NCBI RefSeq assembly: GCF_000315625.1
Contig: NW_005434396.1
Coordinates: 1-35,208 of the forward strand
DNA: 35,208 bases
From: Guillardia theta CCMP2712
Taxonomy: Eukaryota; Protista; Cryptophyta
Direction of reading: 5' to 3'
The translations under genes and the position numbers were made by a program. A model generated the notes under the pieces. It saw nothing but the letters and a program-made list of their open reading frames with translations, did not search any database and had not been told where the DNA came from. Each line of letters begins with the position of its first letter. Position 1 is the stretch's first letter. Positions 19,386 through 35,208 of the stretch are shown piece by piece.

Positions 19386-21478
19386 ATGTTGACAAGTCTG
19401 CGGAGCAAGGCAGTCATAATCTCAGGTTCTGATCTATCTTCTCTAATCTTCATCAGCTCTTGTCTCTACCTGTTCATCAAAGATCTTCTTTCCTGATCTT
19501 TTTTCCTGACCTTCTTTCCTGCACCTTCTCCCTGCTAGTCTCCTGCCTGGCGACCTCCACCTTGATCAGTTTGCTCTACGATGTTCTCCGCAGATCGAAG
19601 ATTTACTCTGCCGATCTGTAAGGCTCTTTCCTCCTTGTTTCTGACATGCCTTGAAATGCGGCATGGCAGGGAAAAGGAGAAGAAAGGAAAGCGGATCCCC
19701 TACCTGACGAGCTTCCTCAAGCTTGACCTCCAGAACCTGCGCAAGGCGTTGAGGTGAGGGAAGGGGAGGGAGGGAGGGAGGCAGGCAGGGAGGCAGGCAG
19801 GCAGGGAGGGAGGAGAGGTTGTTTGGTTACTTTGCTTTCATAAGACGGTAGGAGAAGCTCTCCGGGAAACTGGAGGAATCTTTGCCTTCTCCTCTCCTGC
19901 CGGGAAGCCGTTTGTGATTGTGAACAACGAAGACATCTTGAAAGACATCCTAGTTCATCATGTTGCAAGGTAAACATGCGACGTTGACATGTGTGTTGTT
20001 AAGATTGCGTTGTTCTCCTCACTTGGTTTCTCCCGTCCAGGTACAAGAAGCAGCATGCCAACGGTATTCTGGAGCTGTTCAGGAAGACAACACTGCCCAA
20101 CAGTCAGTCTCCTGCATGGCGTCCAGTTCATAAGGTGACATGTGATGAACATGGAAGATTGTTGTATTTGAAGATTATGAAAGAAACAGAAAATAGCAAA
20201 GACTGATGGCAAAGAGGAGAGAGAAAGTATGATGATTATTTTTGATGTGATGATATGGATTGTGGGGCCGATGATGGTGGAAAAGAAGAAGATGATGATT
20301 GTACACTGACTTTCTCAGAGGAGGAGCAGGAGCAGGAGCAGGGGAATGGGGAGAGAGGAGGAGAAGAAGGAGGTCAAGGAAGGAGAGGAGGAGAAGGAGG
20401 TCAAGGAAGGAGAGTAGGAGAAGAAGGAGGAGCAGGAGAAGGAGGAGCAGGAGGAGCAGGAGGAGCAGGAGAAGGAGGAGCAGGAGGAGCAGGAGGAGCA
20501 GGAGGAGGAATCTGAAGGGAGAAGAGGAGTAGGAGTGATAGTAAGAAGGGATGGAAACATTAGAGGGCGAGATGTGGTACCGATGAGTACTGAGTATCTT
20601 GATATTTCCTTGCGCTACATCGCAGCTAGCAAGCAGGATGTGCTTTCATTCTGTGGAGAAGGTGAAAAACATTTGTCTTGGTGTTCTTTTCCTCCTCTCA
20701 CCCCAGTGTGCAGGAACAAAAACTTTTGTCGCTCGTCGACGAACTTTGTGTGATGATCAAGAAGGAAGAAGACAACGTAAGACCACGTTAGACAACGACA
20801 ACGTTCAAGAGCATCCTTCCTCCGACCCCCCTCCTTCTCCTCTCCTTCTTCGTCCTTTCCTCGTTCTCTCCTGCTCCTTCTCCTCTCCTTCTTCGTCCTT
20901 TCCTCCTTCTCTCCTCCTTTCCTCTTCCTCCTCTTCCTCCACCTCTTCTACTCTTTATTCTGCTCCCTCTCCCTCCATTCATCTTCTTCTCTTGCAATCC
21001 TCTGACTCTCTTTGCAGCGCAAAGTCAATCTCAGCGCCCTGCTCACGGACTGGTACTGGAAGGTGACAAGCTTCCAGCTCCAGCTCGTGCTCCTGCTCCT
21101 GCTGCTCCTGCTGCTCCTGCTGCTCCTTCTCCTCTAAATCTCTCCCAGGTTACTCTCTTTCTGGTCCTCGGCGAAGTTCCACAAGGATTCCCTGATGCCT
21201 ACCGGTAAATCTCGTTACTCCCCCACAAACCCCTCCTGTCCTGTCGTCTCCTCTCCTCTTCTTTTCTCTCCTCTCCTCTCCTCTCCTCTCCTCTCCTTTG
21301 CTCTACTCGTAACTGTTTCATAGGGACGCCTGGCTTGCCTGCATCGATCGCTTGAGTTCTCCTCTCATCAACTCCTTCTTTTTCTACAAGTTCATCCCAA
21401 CCCCTGCAAACCTCTGGTACAAAACGATGCTGGTGCTGGTGCTGGTGCTGCTGGTGCTGCTGGTGCTGCTGGTGCTGG

Positions 21479-21522
<44 letters not shown>

Positions 21523-23151
21523 CTGCTGGTGCTGCTGGTGCTGGTGCTGGTGCTGCTGCTGGTGCTGCTGCTGGTGCTGCTGCCTGGTGCTGCTGCNNNN
21601 NNNNNNNNNNNNNNNNNNNNNNNNNNNNNNNNNNNNNNNNNNNNNNNNNNNNNNNNNNNNNNNNNNNNNNNNNNNNNNNNNNNNNNNNNNNNNNNNTTGC
21701 TTCTTATCGCTGATTCTGCGACACAACAGGTACAGGTACACAACATGGAAGTTCAGAAAGATGATGATGAAGAAGATGGACGATGTAACCTTGTCTTGCT
21801 CCTCTCTTCGTTTCACTCCCTCCTCGTCCTCGTCCTGTCCTGCCCCTCCTCTCCTCTCCTCTCCTCTCCTCTCCTCTCCGATTTTGTCCTCTGCTCTGCT
21901 CTGCTCTGCTCTGCTCTGCTCTGCTCACCTCACCTCTCCTCTCCTCTCCTCTCCTCTCCTCTCCTCTCCTCTCCTCACCTCACTCTTCACTTCTCTGTTC
22001 TTCTCACCTTTCACTGCTCATCTCAGGACAACAAGTGTGACTGGAGTGTGGTTCACATGATGCTTCAAGACAAGGAGCTGAACTTGGAGACTAGCGAGGA
22101 TCGACTGGAGGTGAGGGAGGGCGACCGAGAGAAAGATTGAAGGATAAGAAGGGAGGAAGGAGCAACGATGACAGGAAGAAGGAGCAGGCAGGAGCAAGGA
22201 GAGGAGAGGGGGGAGAGGGAAGAGGACGAGGACAACGAGGAGGACGAGGAGGCGCAGGAGGACCGGACAAGCAAGAGAAGGACGAGGAGGAGCAAGAAGA
22301 GGTGGAGCAGGAGGAGAATTCGGAGGAGCAGGAGCAGGAGCAGGTGCAGGAGCAGGAGCAGGCGCAGGAGCAGGAGCAGGAGCAGGCGCAGGCGCAGGCG
22401 CAGGCGCAGGGGGGGAGCTGATGATGTACAGGTGGCGATGGAGTTTCTGTTCACCGGAACAACTTCAGTGACGAGCACGATCTCTTGGCTGATGTGGCAC
22501 CTGAGCGACAACATCAAGTTGCAGGTGGGAAAAATGAGATGGAAAGGAGAACTTGAAGATGACGACGATGCAGGACAAGGTTGCACAGGAATGTATCGGC
22601 TACCAGGCAAACTCTACTGAAGAGAGTTTTGTGAGGTGAGAGAAGAGGGGAGAGGAGGAGGAGTGGAGGAGGAGGAGAGAGATAGAAGATAGGAGAGCGA
22701 GGAGGGAAGAGGGAGATAGAAGATAGGAGAGAGGAGATAGGAGATAGGAGAGAAGAGGGGGAGGGGGGGGGGGAGGGAAGGGTAGAGGAGCGGAGACGAG
22801 GAGCTGAGAGGAGTTGAGGAGGAGGGGAGGGGAGGAGAGGAAAGGAGACAGCCGCAAGAGAGGAAAGCAATAGGAAAAGGGAGAAAGAGGAGGAAACAAA
22901 TGTAACAAATTTTTATCTTGTGTTCTCATTCATTTCCTTGTGTTGTTATCAGGGATCTCAACAAGCTCCAGCTGCTAGAAGTTTGTCTCAAAGAAACGCT
23001 GAGGATGTACAGCCCAATTCACATCGGTCGGATGTGCAAACATGTAAGAGAAGATGAGAAATTTGCAAAGAGATTTGATGGATGATAGGACGATGTTGCC
23101 GGAGGGTATTCGATACCTCAAGGAGCGGATATCATGACAAATATGTGGTAA

Positions 23152-23222
<71 letters not shown>

Positions 23223-23270
23223 CGGAAATGATGATGATGATGGTGATGATGATGGTGGTGGTGGTGGTGG

Positions 23271-23306
<36 letters not shown>

Positions 23307-23615
23307 CAATGACAATGGAGATGATGGCGATGTCAGGTGGGTTCACAGAAATGAAGACAATTGGAAGGATCCGAACAAGGTTAGCAATCATGAATTCCAT
23401 TCATTGTTATGGTCATGTAAGCTATTTCCTTCTACTTCAGTTCGACCCGAATCGTTTTCTTGACTCCTCGGGCAACATAGTCAAACCCGATCACTATTAT
23501 CCGTATGCTCTTCCTCCTCCTTAACTTCCTACTCCTGCTCCCGCTCGTAGCAGTCCCTGCTGCTCCGGCTCCTACTCCTGCTCTGCTCCTGCTCCTTCTC
23601 CTACTCCTGCTCCTA

Positions 23616-23680
<65 letters not shown>

Positions 23681-24398
23681 TCCTTCTTTCTCCTGCTCCT
23701 GCTGCTACCTTCTACTATACATTATTGGACCTGGCTCCTCCTCTTGCTTTTTTTCTCCCCTACTTCCTTTCCTCTTCTCTTCTTCCCTCGTCCCTTCTTG
23801 TTCTCTTCCTTTTTCTCCACTTTCCCCGCTTCCCCCCCTCTCGTCCCTCCTCCTTTCTCCTCTTCTCCTCTATTTCTCTCATGTTGTCGCGCAGATTTTC
23901 AATGGGTCTCAGAGGATGTCCAGGCCAGGTCTACCTGCTCTTTCAGACGTTTGTATGTTCTCACACATGGTTTATTTCCCCTCCTCCTCCTCCTCCTTCT
24001 CCTTCTCCTCCTTCTCCTTCTCCTCCTTCTCCTTCTCCTCCTTCTCCTTCTCCTCTCTCCCTCTTGCTTCTCTAGGCCGTTGCCTTCTACATCAGCAAAC
24101 TTGTTGTCATCCGCCTACTCTCCTCCTTCCGCTTCTCGTCGCAGTCGGTAAAATATCATCCTTACCTGCCTGCCTCTCTCCTCTCTCCCACCCACCCTCC
24201 TCTTCTCTCCCTCCTTCCTCCCTGTCGCCCATGTTCAAGGGGTTGATGTACAGCAGCAGCAGGAGCCTCTGTTCAAACCCAGTCTCATGCTCCCCAACAC
24301 ACCAGCCGGTGAGAAACAAGGGAGGAGAGAAAGGAGGTTTGAGTGCGGGAATGGCTAAGAAGGAGGAGAAGGAAGAGACAGCGAAGGGATGATTGAGA

Positions 24399-24465
<67 letters not shown>

Positions 24466-24631
24466 GATGATGATGATGATGATGATGAGATGATGATGAT
24501 GATGAAGGAGGCTTGTGCATCTGTATGCAGTTGACGGGTCTCTCAGAAATGAATTTGGCCGTGGCTCCTCGAGGAGACGAAGGGAAATGGTCGAGAAAAA
24601 TCTCCAGCTGAGGTGCGAATCGGTGGCATAA
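19386..24631 (+). CDS. Cytochrome P450, about 20 short exons (termini approximate)
   Basis: Spliced exons give GGIFAFSSPAGKPFVIVNNEDILKDIL; I-helix VAMEFLFTGTTSVTSTISWLMWHL (22432-22524); K-helix CLKETLRMYSP (ExxR, 22953-23043); WKDPNK|FDPNRF (PERF-like); heme motif P|FSMGLRGCPGQ (FxxGxRxCxG, 23895-23928). Exon phases are consistent from ~19845 onward. Confidence 0.93.
21597..21696. other. Assembly gap (100 N) next to a (CTG/CTGGTG)n repeat inside a P450 intron
   Basis: Run of n characters. Confidence 0.99.
23152..23306. repeat. (GAT)n intronic microsatellite
   Basis: Visible, between P450 exons ending 23147 and starting 23337. Confidence 0.9.
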
Positions 24632-24953
24632 GTCAACTTTGACGGTCGAAAATCAAATCGTCACTGAAAGTCAACTCGTCACTGAAAGTCATTCCGGCGG
24701 TCAAAGTCAACGCAGAGGCGAGAGATTGTGTCAATTAGTGTCAAAAATATGAGTGTAACTGCCATGTAACGGCCTCGCACAAGATGTCCAACGTGTCATT
24801 TTGGTTTGCTAGCCAAACTACCTTAAAATACAACACTTGTTCGTTATCTTCGCCTCTTCCTTCCTCGCCCTCGTCCTCAGTCCCCTCTCTCTCACTCTCA
24901 CTCTCACTCTCTCTCTCCCTCTTACTCTCTCCCTCTCTCTTCCTCCCTCCCAT

Positions 24954-27900
24954 CTAGACCGCGTCTCGTGCCTCATCTTCTTCTTCATCTTCTTCATCCT
25001 CATCGTTGATTGCCTCCTTAACTTCTTCCCCGACGTCGACGATCACAGCGTTGTGTATCTCCTGCAAACATCAAACTCTCAGTCTAACCTCACACTTACA
25101 CCGCAGCAAGACAACCTGCATGCACGTCATGTACCCCAGCCTTGCGTCTTCGTTTGTCTCGTCGACGTCCATTGCTCGCTCAAACTAGAAGGAATCAACA
25201 ACACATCGCTCTCTTCTTCGTCCTTCTCCTTACCATCTCCTTGGCAAGAGTGTAGTTCTTGACGTGCTTTCCTAGTAGAGTACCGTAGTTGCAGAGAGTC
25301 CGAAGATGGTCAGGGTCTAAGTTCAATGCCATGTGATAGTAGCTGCATGCTCGTGTCATCGAATGCTACGAGACTTTTCCTCCCCTTTTCTCGCCTCTCC
25401 TCCTCCTCTTCCTTCACCTCCTCATCCTCCTCCTTCATTTGCTTCATCATCATCATCATCATCATCTCCATCATCTCCATCATCATCTCCATCATCATCT
25501 CCATCATCATCATCATCATCATCATCTCCATCATCATCATCATCATCATCATCGTCATCATCATCATCATCATCATCATGAAGAACATGAGAAAGAAAGG
25601 CGATATCATCATCGACCAGGAAAACAGGAAGGAAAGAAAACAGAACTCACTATCTTGCTGACTGTATCTTCCCTCGCTTCTTCTGCAAGAACTTCACAGC
25701 AATCAGCAACAGCAAGATCTTGAATCCTCGCTCTTCACCTGCCCGTAGTTGCAGTAGTTGTCAGCTTCGTCAGGTTGGATTTCGATGGCCTGCCAATGCT
25801 CTCACGCACGATGGAGACGGAGCAAGCAGTCAGGCACAACCTTCTTCAACACAGCTTCAGCCTCATCGTATCTCTGCCGGTGTTGCAGGAACACAGCATA
25901 GTTCGACATCGCAGGAATACAACTTGCCAGCATGTCATCCTAACTATCACGATCGTCTTTCGCTTACTCAGTATCTTCAACTCTTACTGCAGCTTGATAA
26001 TATTCCTCAGCCGCTGAGTCGTTCTTGAGCTTTTGATGGAACAGCAGTCCAAGTTTTCCCTGTCTTGGTAGTCAGAGCGAGTGATCAGTAGCAGCCGACA
26101 ACCAAGATGGTCGAGTCTGTTGGAGAGATCGCAAGGGCCCGCTCATACATCCTCCTTCCCTCCTCCAGGGTTGCGAGGTTTGCCTCATACAGCTAGCGAG
26201 AAAGAAGCACGAATCAGGAGGCACTGAAAGAAAAGGGAGGAGGGAGGAGGGAGATGGAAAAGGGAGGAGGGAGGAGGGAGATGGAAAAGGGAGGAGGGAG
26301 GAAGAAAGCGGAGGAGGAAGAGGGAGAAAGGATGAGGAAGGAGAGAAGAAGAACAGGGAGGGAGGAGAGGGAGGAAAGGAGAGGAAGATTGAGACAATAT
26401 GATATTGGACGATGATGATATTTCATCAGATTACCTGTGCCATGTTATAATACAACGAGATCTTCTCTTCATCGCTCAGCGTTTCAGGTTGTAACTGGAA
26501 AGCTCTCTGGAGGTTGCGTAACGACGTCGAAGAAATTCATCCTCAGTCACCTCATAGATCTGCATTGCCGCCTTTGTATCGTTCTTCTGCTTGAAGAGGT
26601 CAAAGGAGGGAGGAGGGGGGGAGAGGAAGGAACAAGGAGGAAGGGAGGAGGAGGAAGGGAGGAGGAGGAAGGGAGGAGGAGGAAGGGAGGAGGAGGAGTA
26701 ACAGGGATGAGGTGTGAGGGAGGGAGAAGGAGGGAGGAAGGAGAGAGGAGGCAGAAGGGAGAGGGTAGGAGAGAGGAGGACGGAGGGAGAAAGGAGGAGG
26801 AGAACAAGATATTCTTACCGTATAGTGTAACAGAAGGCCATAGTTGCAGAGAGTAGTTGCCTCTGATGGGTCCAACTTTAGGATTTTCTTTCATGCCATG
26901 TCAGGAACAAGAGTAGGAGAATAGAGAGATCAAGCTACTTTGAAAATTTCCTCCGTCTTTGTGAAGTTTTCAAGTCGGTTCTTGTAGAACAACGCTTGCT
27001 GTCAACTAGTCACCTTGGGTATCCTCTATCGATTCCGATCACTTGATACAGGACATCGACGTTGGCCGGCTCCAACGAGGCAGCCCTGCCAAGTTCCCGA
27101 AGATTGACATGTGCAGTTGAGAATTCGATGAAGAAAAACGTCAAAGTCGCACTCACTTGTCGTACATCATGTGGGCCGTGCTGATGTCCTCCTCATACTT
27201 CTCTTCCGGATTATCCTCGTCCTTGAAATCGATCAGCAACGGCAGCGATGAGAGTCAGCAGTGAGCGAGGTTGCAACATGGCGCAAAGATAGAAGAGATT
27301 GTCCCCGAGGTTGCAAACATTCGAAACAAGTCAGGTCGAGAAAGCAAAACGTCCATGCCCGATCCCCCCTTGCAGTTGATGTTGTGTTCGACTCACTTGC
27401 GTCATCTCCAGGAACAGAGCGAAGTTGCAGAGGGTCTCAACATGGTCCGGCGCGATCTCTAGTATCCTCCGGTAGTACATCTCGGCTGCTGTAAAGTTCT
27501 GCTCGGTCAAATTCAGAACAGAGAAGCTGAAAAAGGCATCACAAATCATCCCCGAAAGCAAAACGTTAGCGTACGGCAAGAACCGCTCAACAACAGAAAT
27601 CGGTTTACTCCCATCTTGTAGGACTGGCTAAGAAACATTACAAGATCGGAGACAAATCACAGCTCAGACAATCTCCGCCCTCATCTTCCAAGTTGAAGAG
27701 GGTTCTTCCTCTTGTGACGAGTATCAACCTGGATGTCTTCGAACGAGTGACGAGCTTTCTCGCAGAGTTCCTCTACGTCTTCATCCTCGTCGTTTGTCTC
27801 CTTCACGTCCATCCTCTTCAACTTCTTGCTGTCTGCCTCCTCCGAAGACATGGCAACCGGGCTGGATTCCTTTGCTTCCCTTGTTTTCCTCGTCTTTCCA

Positions 27901-28927
27901 CCTGAAGTCTCATGAACAGTGTCTGTAGAACCCAAAGTCTTGTTCCCTTCCTCGACCTTCTTGTCCTTCTTTGACTTCTTCTTGTCTTGCTTGGCCGGCA
28001 GGTCAAACCATTCACTCGCCAAGTTCTCAATAGTCGGCATGACCCTCTTCCTGATTTCGTTTTGCTCATTCTTCTTCTTCTTCAACTTCTCCAGCTTCTC
28101 CTTTTTCTGCTCCCCCTTCACCTGTAACAGCCATCACACCCTCCCTCCTCCCCTCTTGTACACCATCTGCACTCACAGCAGGAGGGTCGATGTCAAAGTC
28201 AAACCACTTGAGCCTCTTTATCGCGTCATACGTCCACAGGATCTTGTCCAGGAGCTTTTCCAGCTTCTTTGGGTCGTCCCTGCACTCATCGATCGTTGCT
28301 TGAAACACGTTCCTGTTCTTCAGCCTCCTCTTGAAGTACTCGATCGCCTCCTCCTTTGGCTTCACCATCTTCGGCGTGTACTTGAAGTGATAGCAAAGAG
28401 TCCCGTTTACCTCCAACACCTGCCCTCCCCTTCAAACTCCTCCCCCTCCCTCCTGTCCTCTCACCTTCCCCCCGTAAGTTTTCGTCCAGTTGTCTTTCAG
28501 AGGCCATGAGCGCGGGATGGTAGACAGGGACGGACTTCCTCCCTGCATGCGTGAAGAAAGTCACTCATCTCATCGCCCTGCTCTTCGCTCGACTCACCCG
28601 CAGGGCAAGCAGACCATGACAGCTCTCGTTGAACCGGCGGCCATCACACGCATGAGCAGGACAGGGCTGGAGACCGGAGAAGTCGAGGAGGTTTGTGGTA
28701 GAGCAGCGCAGCATGGATCCCACGATAGCAGAGGAGAGGAGATACGACGCCACGCCTCCGACCGCCCAGTCTCCCGTCCTGAACCTTCCATGCCGTCTCC
28801 TCGCGTTGTCTTTGCTGGTTCTTGACTCTCCTCCCCTTGCGCTTCCATCTTGTAACTTTCCTTCGTCTCCTCCTCTCCCTCCTCTCCCTCCCCCTTCTCC
28901 TCGTCCTCCTCTTCTTCCTCCGTGCAT
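24954..28927 (-). CDS. Multi-exon tetratricopeptide-repeat (TPR) protein with N-terminal leader and Lys-rich region (3' end may extend to ~24820)
   Basis: Repeated TPR-like exons: AAEMYYRRILEIAPDHVETLCNFALFL, KILKLDPSEATTLCNYGLLL, GRRMYERALAISPTDSTIL|GKLGLLF, AIEIQPDEADNYCNYGQ, YYHMALNLDPDHLRTLCNYGTLL. Acidic C-terminus. Confidence 0.88.
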
Positions 28928-28959
28928 AATCGTTCACGCCATGCCGGATCCGCCCCAAG

Positions 28960-29075
28960 GTTCTTTAAAAGTAAGTTTTAGTATGAAGCATTAAAACATT
29001 TTAATGATACAGATGTGACTTTATATATAACTCAAGATTGTAGAGCAATACCGAGAATTATAAAATCGTTTTACT
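28960..29075. promoter_or_regulatory. Short AT-rich, probably bidirectional promoter between the TPR and PIF1 genes
   Basis: AT-rich island between divergent genes; palindromic TTATATATAA at 29021-29030. Confidence 0.45.
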
Positions 29076-29659
29076 GGGGCTCGGGTGGAATGGCGTACTG
29101 GCGGGAAGGGGAGGTGGGAGTAGTAGGACGGGGAGGAGGGGGAGGGGGAGGGATGGGGTGGTTGCGAGAAGGAGGAGGAAGGAAAGGAGACAAGTCGGGC
29201 AGGAGGGTTGGAGGAGAGGAATCAGGAGCAGGAGGAGACGAGAGGGGAGGAGGGGGAAGAAGATGGAGCAAGTTGAAGCTTCAAGCTAGTAGGAGATGCA
29301 ATCGTTGCAGGGCTGGGGGGAGGATTGGACGCATTGCAACAGCGCATCTTGTGTATCATGATGCGTGTTGAGGGAATGGGTTTGTGTCTGACGGATCCTC
29401 TGACTGATCCTGTGCAGGAGACGTCCATCTGAAGAGGGAGGAAGCGGGAGGGATGGAGAAGAAGAGGAAGAGGGAGGGAGAACCGGAAGGAGAGATCATG
29501 TAGAGAAGCCCATATCCTATGGTTGGAAACACCAATTTCATCCTGCTCCTCCTCCTCGTTCTGCCATGCACCAGCTACGTACCAACTGGGCATACGCACG
29601 CACCTTGCCCTTGTGGATGGAGGAGGGTGTCTCAGCTGTACCTGCGAGGGGGTTCAACG

Positions 29660-35208
<5,549 letters not shown>

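Overview
Eukaryotic nuclear DNA: intron-rich, short GT-AG introns with CTGAC-type branch points, many microsatellites and one 100-N gap. The style suggests a cryptophyte alga such as Guillardia (inference). From left to right: (i) the 5' part of a multi-exon minus-strand hypothetical gene carrying a 4x repeated KLDRWLSRAK motif; (ii) a ~13.5-kb array (3.9-17.4 kb) of eight small two-exon RWP-RK-domain transcription factor genes in mixed orientation (six apparently intact, one frameshifted, one truncated pseudogene); these share an intron position, a near-identical core, a C-terminal ELLEEALEHV helix and conserved upstream non-coding blocks; (iii) a multi-exon cytochrome P450 (+) with an atypical I-helix; (iv) a multi-exon TPR protein (-) whose leader ends in LRGG; (v) an intron-rich PIF1 helicase (+) that probably runs off the right edge. 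Across the window, abrupt switches from pyrimidine-rich to purine-rich sequence recur, and each RWP-RK gene is centred on one. Most ORFs in the supplied track are artefacts of low-complexity repeats.
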